A stretch of 64,000 bases of DNA from an uncultured Corynebacterium sp. (GCA_946223355.1 CAMIPB010000006.1:15675-79674); one strand, 5' to 3'. Positions 1 through 9,443 are shown, counted from the first letter of the stretch. The notes: a model not told the origin generated them from the letters alone. Numbers and translations are program-made.

Positions 1-482
1 TGGCAGCCGAGCTGCAGGTAACCGTGTTGCTTAAGGGACGAATCACCATCATCTGTGGCCCGGATGGGTACGTGACCACGCATAACGCTGGCAATTCCTT
101 TGCCGCAACTCCAGGATCGGGTGACGTCTTAGCCGGGCTCGTGGGCGCATTCGTCGCAAAGCTGCATGCTGATGACCTCACCCGCGCTGCCGGTTACTCA
201 CTCTCGCTGGACCGTGACTATTCCCCCACCTTTGAGGATCTCGAGCACGCTCGGCTAGCAGCGGTTACGGCGGCTACTTTCGAGGCCGTGCATGTTCACG
301 CCCAGGCGGCTGCACTTGCCGCCAATACGCCGGACGGGCAAGGACCAGTCTCCGCACTGGGCATCGCCGAAGCTCTACCACGCGCTATCGCACGCATCAA
401 CACACAGGTACGGACAGCAAGACACCGTCACGGATTTCCACCACATCATCAGCAAAATCAAGTAAGCCACGATCATGAGTAA
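1..482 (+). CDS. NAD(P)H-hydrate dehydratase (Nnr/YjeF C-terminal domain), 3' part; the gene starts upstream of the window
   Basis: Translation carries the GSGDVLAG carbohydrate-kinase-like motif typical of the YjeF C-terminal dehydratase. The track ORF begins at GTG 24, but the frame is open to the window edge. Its tail overlaps the convergent ABC ATPase gene by about 86 nt. Confidence 0.55.
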   Translation, partial: AAELQVTVLLKGRITIICGPDGYVTTHNAGNSFAATPGSGDVLAGLVGAFVAKLHADDLTRAAGYSLSLDRDYSPTFEDLEHARLAAVTAATFEAVHVHAQAAALAANTPDGQGPVSALGIAEALPRAIARINTQVRTARHRHGFPPHHQQNQVSHDHE

Positions 483-1074
483 TAACCACAGTCGCAAGGT
501 TTTGTGAACGGGTGAGTTCAACTAAAAGATCCATAACATCACGGGAAAGGCGAGAATCAAGAGCAGACGTGGGCTCATCAGCCAATAGAACTTTAGGTTC
601 TCCCATGAGCGCGCGAGCAATCGCAACTCGTTGCCGTTGACCGCCAGACAGCTGGGTGATTCGACGATCACCCAAACCTTCTAGTCCAACCTGCGCAAGC
701 AACTCATCAGCCCGGTGGTGGCGAGGCTTATCACCACGAATGTGGTCAGTGATAAGCAGCTGATCCCGAGCAGTTAGCGCTGGAAGCAAGTTGGGCTGTT
801 GAAATACCATGCCGATGTCCTCGCGGCGAATACGCGCACGATTTATTTCATCCCGCGTCATTTCCTGCCCCGCAAAGGTGATCGTGCCCGAGTCAGGAAC
901 AAGCAATCCCGCAGCACAAGAAAGCAACGTGGATTTACCGGAGCCGGATTCTCCAACTAACGCGGTGAGCTCGCCAGAATGTGCCTGCACGCTCACGTGG
1001 TCTAATACGGTCTTGTTGCTTTGCCCGTCCTGGAAAGAAACAACAATATTGGATAAATCAAGGGTGGGTTGCAT
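397..1074 (-). CDS. ABC transporter ATP-binding protein (MacB/LolD/FtsE-like)
   Basis: Walker A GESGSGKST, ABC signature LSGGQRQRVAIARAL and Walker B LLADEPTSALD. Its start is ATGA-overlapped with the stop of the upstream permease gene. Confidence 0.9.
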   Translation of the reverse strand: MQPTLDLSNIVVSFQDGQSNKTVLDHVSVQAHSGELTALVGESGSGKSTLLSCAAGLLVPDSGTITFAGQEMTRDEINRARIRREDIGMVFQQPNLLPALTARDQLLITDHIRGDKPRHHRADELLAQVGLEGLGDRRITQLSGGQRQRVAIARALMGEPKVLLADEPTSALDSRLSRDVMDLLVELTRSQNLATVVITHDRGLLDFADDVVEIRDGVLLSVPVC

Positions 1075-2123
1075 TAGGCAGTGCCTCCTAAAACAGTCAT
1101 GGGGTCAGCAGATTTCACTTGGCGCACCGCGAGCAATGCGCCGGCCATACCGAGGGCAAAAATGCCCACTGCAGGCAAAACCACCGTTAGGTAGTTAAGT
1201 TCAAACGGAACAGTTCCTTGAACCAAAAATCCCAGTGCCGCACCAACAACTGCGCCTAGCGCGGTGCCCACCGCGAGCACAATGGCAGCCTGGCCCAGGG
1301 AGTCTTTAAACAAATATCCAGACGTGGCTCCTAGTGCGCGCAAGATAGCCATATCTCGGGTACGCTGCACGGTCCATACGCTCAAAAATGCAATAGTGAC
1401 CAGGGCAGAAATTGCGTACAAAAATCCTTGCATCGTAGTTAATGACGAGCGTTCAGACTTATAGGCCTCAAGGCCCTCAAATGCTCCCTTTGTGTCAGTA
1501 ACTGTCATGGATCCGGGCGGATTTATACCATCGATGCCAAACAAAACTGTGCCCGCCGCATCCTTACCTGCGTGGGAAATTTTTGCCCAGGTCTTCGTAC
1601 TTGTCCACGCCACAGGCGAATGCGCATAATGCAGGGTGTCGGCTACACCTGCTACCTGCACATCCACGCCACCAGCCGTTACCCACGAGCCTTCTTTCAG
1701 CGCAGGTGCTTCATCAGAAAGCTCGTCCGGCAAAACGATGCCATCAGCAGGAACCTGCACGGAGGTACCTGGAATTAATTCCCCTGCCGGCAGCCCCATA
1801 ACAGCAACGCCCACGGCACTATCATCAACTTCAAGGCGAGTCTGCGCAGTGCCCAACGGAATAGTGTCCGCAAGCACCTCATCTGTAGAAAATTGCGAAT
1901 CAGTAAACGATGGCTTTTCCGAGTTGAACACAAACCGTGTGTCATCATTAGCGCCAATTGCTTCCAACGCGGAAGTATTTTGTGCACCAAGTCCACCAGT
2001 CAACCCGGTAAGCATAACGAGCAACAACGTGATTAGTCCGGTGGCTGTAGCCATCAGCCCAAACCGACCACGTGCATTTTTTAAATCTTTCAGTGCGAGA
2101 AACATAACTTTTATCTTTCTCAT
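1074..2123 (-). CDS. ABC transporter permease, FtsX/MacB-like, with N-terminal TM helix, extracytoplasmic domain and C-terminal FtsX 4-TM bundle
   Basis: Hydrophobic N-terminal and C-terminal segments with a large loop between them. The gene is translationally coupled to the ATPase. Confidence 0.75.
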   Translation of the reverse strand: MRKIKVMFLALKDLKNARGRFGLMATATGLITLLLVMLTGLTGGLGAQNTSALEAIGANDDTRFVFNSEKPSFTDSQFSTDEVLADTIPLGTAQTRLEVDDSAVGVAVMGLPAGELIPGTSVQVPADGIVLPDELSDEAPALKEGSWVTAGGVDVQVAGVADTLHYAHSPVAWTSTKTWAKISHAGKDAAGTVLFGIDGINPPGSMTVTDTKGAFEGLEAYKSERSSLTTMQGFLYAISALVTIAFLSVWTVQRTRDMAILRALGATSGYLFKDSLGQAAIVLAVGTALGAVVGAALGFLVQGTVPFELNYLTVVLPAVGIFALGMAGALLAVRQVKSADPMTVLGGTA

Positions 2124-2211
2124 TCACGCACGAGAAATAATCCACGCGGTGGCTGGTTTTGTACTCAACCAGTTGGTTGATGCGCAATAAGCCCTATGAC
2201 TTATAGTCTGG

Positions 2212-3465
2212 ATGATCGTGTACGAGACAATGACGCCAGGACAGCCGCCACGGCAATCACCACTGCACTCGCCGCTGCACTCACCACTACATACCGTGCT
2301 GGGCAGTTTGCGCGCCGGGCTGCACACCATGTTTTATTTCCTGCTGATTTTCGGCGTATTCGCAGCGGTAGCTGATGATACGTTGACCCCACTTGCGGCG
2401 TTAATCGCAGTACTCATTTGCGCCGTATACGCCACCGGCGCACGGTGGTCAAAGCCTATTTTGTGGCTTAGTGTTGTCACGTTTTTGTGGCTCGGGCTCA
2501 TGGTTCACGGCCAAGATTTTATGTGGCTTGAGTTTCCTATCGTTTTTATATATCTCAATGTTTTGCCACGTTGGCCGGGGTTGTTCTCGGCGGCTGCGCT
2601 GTGGGCAGCCGCTGCTTTTATTCCCCGTTGGCAGTTCCCCGACGATTGGGAGATTTCCATGGCCATCGGGCCACTAATTGGCACCGTTTTTGCTGTGGGT
2701 GTCTACTATGCCTACCGCGGGCTCCTGAATGAAGCAGAGCATCACCGCCAAGTAGCCAATGCGCTTCGAGCTACTAGAGATGAGCTTGCCCGCTCCGAAC
2801 ACAACGCCGGCCGCTTGGAAGAACGTGAGCGCCTCAGCAGGGAAATTCACGATACCGTTGCGCAGGGATTAAGTTCCATCGTGTTGGTGACACGCGCTGC
2901 GAGGCGGCAAAAAGACCCAGCTAAGCTTGCCCAGCAACTAAAAACTATCGAGGAACAAGCAACTAATAACCTCGGTGAGGCGCGGCGCTTTGTCACCGAG
3001 CTTGCCCATAGTCCTGCTGAAGACTTGTTGACTCGGATTGATTCAGCAGTAGATTCCATCCGTTCACGCCAGGCGGCACTAGATGATCCCTTAAGAGTTC
3101 ACGTACACATTTCCGGCAACGAACCAGCGCATCTTTCTGATGAGGTGGCTACTACCATCCTGCGCACTGTACAGGAAGGCCTAACTAACGTGACTCGGCA
3201 CGCACGAGCCACAAACGTCCAGGTGAGCATCAGTTTCATGGGAGATGGACAACGTACAGAAAACATCGCGGTTGATATCATCGATGACGGAGTGGGCTTT
3301 CACGGCGAGCACGGATACGGGCTTAAAGGCTTAGTCAGACGAGTAGAGGCATGTGGTGGAACATTAACTCTTGAGTCCACACCAGGTGAGGGCACAAGCC
3401 TAAACGTCATCGTGCCTGTCTCTTCCTCAGTTGCTCGCACTAACCCGGAGGTTACAGATGGTTAA
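2212..3465 (+). CDS. Sensor histidine kinase, NarL/DesK-type (HisKA_3 + HATPase_c), with a membrane N-terminus
   Basis: H-box region EERERLSREIHDTVAQGLSS, ATPase G-boxes IDDGVGF and GYGLKGL, and an N-terminal hydrophobic region. The N-terminus also carries an SPLH x3 repeat. Confidence 0.85.
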   Translation: MIVYETMTPGQPPRQSPLHSPLHSPLHTVLGSLRAGLHTMFYFLLIFGVFAAVADDTLTPLAALIAVLICAVYATGARWSKPILWLSVVTFLWLGLMVHGQDFMWLEFPIVFIYLNVLPRWPGLFSAAALWAAAAFIPRWQFPDDWEISMAIGPLIGTVFAVGVYYAYRGLLNEAEHHRQVANALRATRDELARSEHNAGRLEERERLSREIHDTVAQGLSSIVLVTRAARRQKDPAKLAQQLKTIEEQATNNLGEARRFVTELAHSPAEDLLTRIDSAVDSIRSRQAALDDPLRVHVHISGNEPAHLSDEVATTILRTVQEGLTNVTRHARATNVQVSISFMGDGQRTENIAVDIIDDGVGFHGEHGYGLKGLVRRVEACGGTLTLESTPGEGTSLNVIVPVSSSVARTNPEVTDG

Positions 3466-4066
3466 TGTCATGCTTATCGACGACCACCCCGTTGTCCGCG
3501 CAGGCCTGCGGTCAATTCTTGACAGTTTTTCTGATATCACGGTGGTGGCAGAAGGCTCCAACGGATCTGCGGTTCGCGGTGATCTGACCGATGTGGACGT
3601 TGTTGTCTGCGATATTTCCATGCCGGAGATGGACGGCATTGCGGCCACGAGATTCCTCAAAGAATCCGCTGGTCCACCAGTGCTAATTTTGACCACCTAT
3701 GATTCCCACTCAGACATCCTTGCTGCCGTGGAGGCGGGCGCGCTCGGATACCTCCTTAAAGACGCACCAGAAGAAGAGCTACACCGCGCCGTCATCGCCA
3801 CAGCCAAAGGTGAACGTACCCTTTCCACGGAAGTTGCAGCAGCCCTAGCAGAGAGAATTTCTCGCCCGTTCGAAGCACTTTCGGCCAGAGAAACTGAAAT
3901 ACTTCAAGCACTTGCCTCCGGTGCAACTAATCCGGAAATTGCCAAGCAACTGTTCATCTCCACCGCCACCGTGAAAACTCATCTCATTCACATTTATCAA
4001 AAACTTGGCGTAGATAACCGCACTGCTGCGGTCACGGCAGCTAGGGAACGTAGACTAATCCCATGA
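3458..4066 (+). CDS. Response regulator, NarL/LuxR family (REC + HTH_LuxR)
   Basis: N-terminal MVNVMLIDDHP...VVCDISMPEMDG receiver domain and C-terminal LuxR HTH (ARETEILQALASGATNPEIAKQL...TVKTHL). Start moved to the ATG at 3458, which follows a GGAGG RBS and overlaps the HK stop; the track ORF from 3431 is over-extended. Confidence 0.9.
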   Translation: MVNVMLIDDHPVVRAGLRSILDSFSDITVVAEGSNGSAVRGDLTDVDVVVCDISMPEMDGIAATRFLKESAGPPVLILTTYDSHSDILAAVEAGALGYLLKDAPEEELHRAVIATAKGERTLSTEVAAALAERISRPFEALSARETEILQALASGATNPEIAKQLFISTATVKTHLIHIYQKLGVDNRTAAVTAARERRLIP

Positions 4067-5076
4067 TGGAAAAACAGCAGGTGCTTGACGCAGTGGTCAT
4101 CGGCGGAGGCCAGGCGGGCCTTGCCACCGGCTATTACCTAAACAAGTACAAGCTGAGCTTTGTAATCCTCGATGACCAACCGCAGCCCGGCGGTGCGTGG
4201 CAGCACACGTGGCCGTCCCTGACCCTGTTTTCTCCTTCTAATACCTCTAACCTTCCTGGCTGGCCAATGCCCTACTATGAAGGATTTCCGCCGGCAACAC
4301 ACGTGATTGATTACCTTTCGGCTTATGAACAGCGCTATAACCTACCCGTTATTCGCCCGGCGCGCGTGGACCGAGTGGAACATGACGCAGGATTATTCAC
4401 TGTTCACGCAGGTAAACGCTCCTGGACGGCACGGACCGTCATTGCGGCTACGGGCACGTGGTCCGGGCCTTTTGTCCCCGCACTTCCCGGCCGTTTCGAG
4501 GGCAAACAGTGGCACACCGTGACGTATCCGGGGCCGGAGGCATTCGAGGGGGCGTCGGTAGCTGTGGTGGGCGGTGCTAACTCCGGCGCGCAGATTGCTG
4601 CGGAGCTGCTTCTCGACGGCCGCGTGGGCGAAGTCACCTGGTACACGCGCGGGGCACCGAAGTGGATGCCGGATGACGTGGACGGGCGAGTGCTGTTTAT
4701 CCGCAATCGCGAGCGCATGTTGGCCATCCAGCGTGGTGAGCCGGATCCCGGGGCGGACCGTGAGCTCGGTGACATCGTCATGGTTCCCGAGGTTTTGCGT
4801 GCTCGCGATGAGGCCGGTCTACACGCCACCCCGATGTTTAGTTCGCTGGATGAGGTTAAATCTGATCACCTCATTTGGGCTACCGGTTTTAGGCCAGCGC
4901 TTGGGCCGTTTCGAAAGCTTCTGCGCCGCAAGAACAGTTCAGATAGCTGGGAAGCGAGTGTTCCCGGGTTGATCTTGGTTGGTTACGGCACATGGACTGG
5001 CCCGGGATCTGCGACGATTACTGGAGTTTCGCCTTATGCTAAGCAGGCGGCTATCGCTGCACGAGAGCGGAGTTAG
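4063..5076 (+). CDS. FAD/NAD(P)-binding oxidoreductase (flavin monooxygenase-like, CzcO/ArsO-type)
   Basis: N-terminal dinucleotide fold VVIGGGQAGLATGYYL and a second GGANSGAQIA Rossmann motif. Its ATGA start is coupled to the response-regulator stop. Confidence 0.6.
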   Translation: MMEKQQVLDAVVIGGGQAGLATGYYLNKYKLSFVILDDQPQPGGAWQHTWPSLTLFSPSNTSNLPGWPMPYYEGFPPATHVIDYLSAYEQRYNLPVIRPARVDRVEHDAGLFTVHAGKRSWTARTVIAATGTWSGPFVPALPGRFEGKQWHTVTYPGPEAFEGASVAVVGGANSGAQIAAELLLDGRVGEVTWYTRGAPKWMPDDVDGRVLFIRNRERMLAIQRGEPDPGADRELGDIVMVPEVLRARDEAGLHATPMFSSLDEVKSDHLIWATGFRPALGPFRKLLRRKNSSDSWEASVPGLILVGYGTWTGPGSATITGVSPYAKQAAIAARERS

Positions 5077-5678
5077 CTGACTACCAGCCCAAGGAGTAGC
5101 GCACCGAACAACACCATGAGTGCCAGACCCAGCACGGGAATCAGTAAGTCCATCAGTTTTTGCTGTTGTTTCTTGTTAAGAACGGAAACTAGTGTTGCTC
5201 CGAGCACTGCGCCGATACCGTTGCACAGCAGATCATCAATATCGCTAAAGCCGATGGCGAAAATGAATTGTCCCGCCTCAATCAGTACGCTCAACCCCAG
5301 CGCAAGTAGGGTGGCTTGCCACCTGGAGCGAGTGAGATAAAAGCCGGCGATCCCCACGGGCATGAACATCGCGATATTTCCCAGGGTATTTGTCCACGGT
5401 GCCCACCAGGTTGTGGGGTGGTCAAAGCCATTAAAGAATTCCAAGTCGATGCTTCGATTTATGTGCGCGGTACCGTCCATGAAACCGGGGATTTCCATGA
5501 AGGGCTTGCCCCACGTCATAAGAATGACCACGAGCAGCGTCATTACGCTTGCCAAGATGACGTCGCGGCGAAGCGCAAAATTAAGTGACCGGCGCATAGT
5601 GACCTGCTTTTCAGGCTCGGATTGCAAATGCTGCTGTGTGGATAGCGTGGTGGAAGTCATTACTTCAGACGCTAACAA
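5073..5678 (-). CDS. VanZ-family membrane protein
   Basis: Four or five TM segments and the VanZ-like motif FSDIDDLLCNGIGAVLG. Confidence 0.55.
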   Translation of the reverse strand: MLASEVMTSTTLSTQQHLQSEPEKQVTMRRSLNFALRRDVILASVMTLLVVILMTWGKPFMEIPGFMDGTAHINRSIDLEFFNGFDHPTTWWAPWTNTLGNIAMFMPVGIAGFYLTRSRWQATLLALGLSVLIEAGQFIFAIGFSDIDDLLCNGIGAVLGATLVSVLNKKQQQKLMDLLIPVLGLALMVLFGALLLGLVVS

Positions 5679-5761
5679 CGGTAGCTGAAAAGCAGGTGGC
5701 AGGAGTTTAGGTATTTAGTTCCACCTTAAAAATATTGGAAGAAATTACTTGGCGCAGCTTC

Positions 5762-6001
5762 TTAGACGTGTAGATCCTTGTCCTGAATGTTGTTGGGCAC
5801 GAGACGAACACCAATCAGCGAGAGGATGCTGATGACTATGCCGTAGGCGGCAATCGAATTGGAGGTTCCGGTCTGCGTGTAGAGCATCTCAGCAATCATT
5901 GGGGCGAACGCACCACCAATAATGGAGCCAAGTGCATAGCCGATCGACACACCAGAAAGACGGACGTGAACAGGGAACATCTCAGCGTAGAGAGCTGACT
6001 G
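5762..6001 (-). pseudogene. 3' remnant (about 80 codons) of an MHS-family MFS transporter gene, paralogous to the intact gene at 37045..38382
   Basis: Translation SALYAEMFPVHVRLSGVSIGYALGSIIGGAFAPMIAEM... aligns with the C-terminus of the 445-aa transporter in this window (SAMYAELFPAAIRTSGVSISYALGSILGGAFAPMIAAAL...). Homology stops abruptly near 6001 and no N-terminal 360 codons are present. Confidence 0.6.
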
Positions 6002-6002
6002 C

Positions 6003-6119
6003 CTCGAGTCCACCCTTGGTGATCGCTTTGCTCCCCCACAGCTCATGCGCGATATGGTCGCCCGCGGCGAGCTCGGCCGCAAGTCCGGCAAGGGCTTCTA
6101 CGACTACAACGACAAGTAG
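6003..6119 (+). pseudogene. 3' remnant of a 3-hydroxyacyl-CoA dehydrogenase (PaaH/Hbd-type) gene
   Basis: Frame reads ...LGDRFAPPQLMRDMVARGELGRKSGKGFYDYNDK*, the characteristic C-terminal GRKSGKGFYDY tail of 3-hydroxybutyryl/adipyl-CoA dehydrogenases. There is no upstream body; it abuts the MFS remnant on the opposite strand. Confidence 0.5.
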
Positions 6120-6146
6120 CTCAGCACCACATAACTCAACAGTGTA

Positions 6147-6536
6147 TTAGTTGCGCGGCTCCACAATCGCATTCGTGATTCGTGCAGTGCACAGCCGTTT
6201 TCCGGACTCGTCGGTGATGATGACTTCGTGGCTGCACAAGGTGCGTCCCAGGCGAATTGCGGTGGCGGTGGCGGTTACAACGCCGTCCTTGCCAGAAGCA
6301 TGATGAGTGGCATTAATATCCACGCCCACCGCTACCTTGCCCATCGTGGAGGCATGCTTGACCGCAGCCCAGCTGCCCACCGTCTCCGCGAGTGCAACCA
6401 TAGCGCCGCCGTGCAACAACCCCAGCGACTGGCGGTTGCCCTCCACCGGAATGGTGGCAACAACCTTCTTAGCTGATTGCTCCAAAACTTCAACGCCCAT
6501 TTTCTCGTCCAACTGACCAAGCTTAATTTCCCACAT
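6147..6536 (-). CDS. paaI: PaaI-family hotdog-fold acyl-CoA thioesterase
   Basis: LHGGAMVALAETVGSWAA hotdog thioesterase core. It lies divergent from paaZ. The true start is possibly the internal ATG near 6500. Confidence 0.65.
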   Translation of the reverse strand: MWEIKLGQLDEKMGVEVLEQSAKKVVATIPVEGNRQSLGLLHGGAMVALAETVGSWAAVKHASTMGKVAVGVDINATHHASGKDGVVTATATAIRLGRTLCSHEVIITDESGKRLCTARITNAIVEPRN

Positions 6537-6569
6537 AGCTCGCTATTTTAGACTGAAAGGATTCACCCC

Positions 6570-8651
6570 ATGTCCGAATCAACCACGACTTTCAACATTG
6601 TCCCCTCCTACCTCGAGGGAAAGTGGGTAACTCCGGAAAACCCAAGCAAGGTGGCGGAAGTTCACGATCCGTCGACAGGCGAACTAGTGGCCAAGGTCTC
6701 GGCCGAAGGTCTAGATACGGCTGCAGCTATTGAATACGCTCGCACCACCGGCCGCGCTGGCTTGCAGGAACTCACCATCCACGAGCGAGCACTCAAGATA
6801 AAGGAGTTGGCGCTTTACCTGCAGGACAACGCGCAGATCCTCAAGGACATGGCAAACAAGACCGGTGCTAACAAGCGCGATAATTTCCCTGATATCGATG
6901 GTGGCATCTCTACCCTGTTCACCTTTTCTTCCAAGAGTCGTCGTGAGATGCCTAATGCTAAGGTAGTAACCGATGGCGAGCCAGAGAACTTCTCCAAGGA
7001 CGGTTCCTTCATTGGCCGCCACGTCTACACCTCCATCCCAGGCGTCGCGGTGCAGATCAACGCGTTTAACTTCCCAGTCTGGGGCATGCTCGAGAAATTC
7101 GCGCCCGCTTTCATCGCTGGCGTTCCGACGATCGTGAAGCCCGCGACCCCAACCGGCTATGTCACCGCTGAGTGCGTACGCCTGATGGTACAGTCCGGCA
7201 TCCTCCCGGAAGGTTCTATCCAACTCATCTCCGGTTCCGCCCGTGACCTGCTAGATTACCTGGACTACCGCGACCACGTGGCGTTTACCGGTTCTGCTGC
7301 TACTGCGCATTCCTTGCGCACGCACGACAATGTCATCAAAGGTGGCGTCAAATTTACTGCAGAAGCAGACTCCCTGAATGCAGCAATTCTTGCCACTGAC
7401 GTCACCGCTGATTCACCTGAGTTTGCCGCCTACGTCAAGGCTGTTTTCGGCGAGATGACTTCCAAGGCAGGCCAGAAGTGTACCGCCATTCGTCGCGCTA
7501 TCGTGCCAAACAACCTCATCGACCAGTTCATTGAGGCACTGTCCCAGCGTCTTGAAGAAAAGGTTGTCATTGGCGATCCTCGTGATGCGAATGCCACCAT
7601 GGGACCATTGGTATCCCTGGATCAGCGTAACGACGTCGCGCAGGCTGTTGACAGCCTAGCCGCTGCCGGCGGCGAGGTTGTCTACGGCGGAAAAGACAAG
7701 GCTGAAGGTGCTTTCTTCGCTCCAACCATCCTTAAGTTCGCGGACAACAAAACCAAGGAAGTCCACTCCGTGGAAGCCTTCGGCCCAGTTGTGTCCGTCA
7801 TTGGCTATGACACCACGCAAGAAGCAATCGAACTCGCCGCTCTCGGCGAAGGCTCACTGGTTGCCTCCGTCATCACCCACGACCCGGCCATCGCCAACGA
7901 AATCGGTATGGGCATCGCTGCTCACCACGGCCGCCTGCACTTCTTGGATCGTGATGACGCAAAGACGTCCACCGGCCACGGCTCTCCACTCCCCCACCTC
8001 ATTCACGGCGGCCCTGGCCGCGCGGGCGGCGGCGAAGAACTCGGCGGTGTGCGCGGCATCAAGCACTTCATGCAGCGCACCGCTATCCAGGGCACCCCGG
8101 ATCACCTTACCGCTGTGACTGGCGTGTGGCACCGCGGTGCACAAATTAACAAGGTCACCCGTAAGGACGTGGAAGCAGGCACCGGCGTGCACCCATTCCA
8201 CAAGGATCTCAAGACCCTACAGATCGGCGATCAATTCGCCTCTGACCTGCGGAAGGTTACTCTCGAGGAAATCCTCGAATTCGCGGAGAAAACCGGCGAT
8301 ACCTTCTACGCACACACTGATGAGGAAGCCGCCATGGCGAACCCATTCTTCCCACGCCGCGTCGCCCACGGTTACTTGCTGGTCTCCTGGGCTGCCGGCC
8401 TGTTCGTAGAACCTGCACCGGGTCCAGTTTTGGCCAACTATGGCCTGGAAAACCTCCGTTTTGTCGAGCCAGTTACCTACGATGACTCGATTCGCATTGA
8501 GCTCACCGCCAAGCAGATCACCCCTCGCGTTACCGATGAGTACGGCGAGGTCCGCTGGGACGCTGCCCTCTACAACCAAGACGATGTCATGGTGGCCACC
8601 TACGACGTTCTCACCCTCGTTGAAAAGGTAGACACCACCTACGCGTATTAG
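6570..8651 (+). CDS. paaZ: Bifunctional PaaZ-like oxepin-CoA hydrolase / 3-oxo-5,6-dehydrosuberyl-CoA semialdehyde dehydrogenase (ALDH domain + C-terminal MaoC hotdog)
   Basis: 693 aa. The N-terminal ALDH fold carries a catalytic-Cys region (GQKCTAIRR), and the C-terminal MaoC-like dehydratase region follows about 500 aa in. Confidence 0.75.
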   Translation: MSESTTTFNIVPSYLEGKWVTPENPSKVAEVHDPSTGELVAKVSAEGLDTAAAIEYARTTGRAGLQELTIHERALKIKELALYLQDNAQILKDMANKTGANKRDNFPDIDGGISTLFTFSSKSRREMPNAKVVTDGEPENFSKDGSFIGRHVYTSIPGVAVQINAFNFPVWGMLEKFAPAFIAGVPTIVKPATPTGYVTAECVRLMVQSGILPEGSIQLISGSARDLLDYLDYRDHVAFTGSAATAHSLRTHDNVIKGGVKFTAEADSLNAAILATDVTADSPEFAAYVKAVFGEMTSKAGQKCTAIRRAIVPNNLIDQFIEALSQRLEEKVVIGDPRDANATMGPLVSLDQRNDVAQAVDSLAAAGGEVVYGGKDKAEGAFFAPTILKFADNKTKEVHSVEAFGPVVSVIGYDTTQEAIELAALGEGSLVASVITHDPAIANEIGMGIAAHHGRLHFLDRDDAKTSTGHGSPLPHLIHGGPGRAGGGEELGGVRGIKHFMQRTAIQGTPDHLTAVTGVWHRGAQINKVTRKDVEAGTGVHPFHKDLKTLQIGDQFASDLRKVTLEEILEFAEKTGDTFYAHTDEEAAMANPFFPRRVAHGYLLVSWAAGLFVEPAPGPVLANYGLENLRFVEPVTYDDSIRIELTAKQITPRVTDEYGEVRWDAALYNQDDVMVATYDVLTLVEKVDTTYAY

Positions 8652-8805
8652 TTACTCGCGAACCACTGGAGAACATGGGGAAGGGCGAGCAAGAAAATAA
8701 TCGGAAACACGGTGCATCCGATGCAGCCACCACACCCTTCCCCGAAAAGCCCCTCTCCGACGTCTTCCTTTTAGGATTCAATCCTAAGGAGATCAACGCA
8801 GTTCA

Positions 8806-9150
8806 TCACTTTAACGTGATATGCAAGTGTTCGTGCATGCGCTCGTCCACGTCCGCGATGGTGTCATCAGCAAAGTGGCCAGGGTTCCATACCCAATTAA
8901 GGTGAACCCCGCCGAGGGTCTTCCCCTTGTCGGTAATGCGCATCCCGGTGAGACCCTCGACAGTGAGCGCCGTAGATACGGAAATGACCTTCCCGGTGCG
9001 CGCGATCAACATGAACGTCGATCTCCGCTCCCCGAGCTGGGACTGTCTCGAAAATGGTTCCGCCGATCTAGCGCATCATCGCCCACGCCGAGGATGAAGC
9101 CACCGCCTTTCTCAATGCGTGGAAGCGTGCCGGCATTAACCCACCTAAAC
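8806..9150 (-). pseudogene. Possible frameshifted gene remnant (unknown family)
   Basis: Two minus-strand frames give contiguous protein-like translations (...LPRIEKGGGFILGVGDDA... then ...MLIARTGKVISVSTALTVEGLTGMRITDKGKTLGGVHLNWVWNPGHFADD...) interrupted by a frameshift. The opposing plus ORF 8821..9186 has R/P/S-rich wrong-frame composition. Confidence 0.25.
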
Positions 9151-9182
9151 CACCACAAATCCACGTTTGCTGGGCGCAAGCC

Positions 9183-9443
9183 CTAAAATCCGTTGCGCGC
9201 AGCATTCAACCGTAGTTCCTGTTTGAGCATCATCTCATTGAGAATCAATGTTGCATCAAACATATCTTCCTCAGTATTCGGCTCATAGCTTGGTAACTTT
9301 GGCTTGAAGTTGGGATCCTTTGGCCCCGCACCCCAACCAACTATCTTTGACGCGCCCGGGCGTTGATTCTTGGTTGCGTCGAAGTTCTTAAAAATGTTCT
9401 TAAGCGCCATCTTTCCTCTCCTCACTATTTTCGTCGTCTGCAA
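9183..9443 (-). CDS. Small hypothetical protein, downstream of and co-oriented with the tandem-YbjN gene
   Basis: 86-aa ORF in the AT-rich region. No recognisable motif. Confidence 0.3.
   Translation of the reverse strand: MQTTKIVRRGKMALKNIFKNFDATKNQRPGASKIVGWGAGPKDPNFKPKLPSYEPNTEEDMFDATLILNEMMLKQELRLNAARNGF

Noticed and set aside
3431-3457. Track-extended 5' ends of the response regulator (3431), trxA (62370) and the NUDIX gene (52379)
   Set aside because: The extensions overlap the preceding gene, or a divergent gene on the opposite strand. Internal ATGs with good RBSs start the conserved domains.
8821-9186. 121-aa plus-strand ORF
   Set aside because: R/P/S-rich wrong-frame composition. 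The opposite strand carries protein-like but frameshifted translations, so the region was called a probable pseudogene instead.
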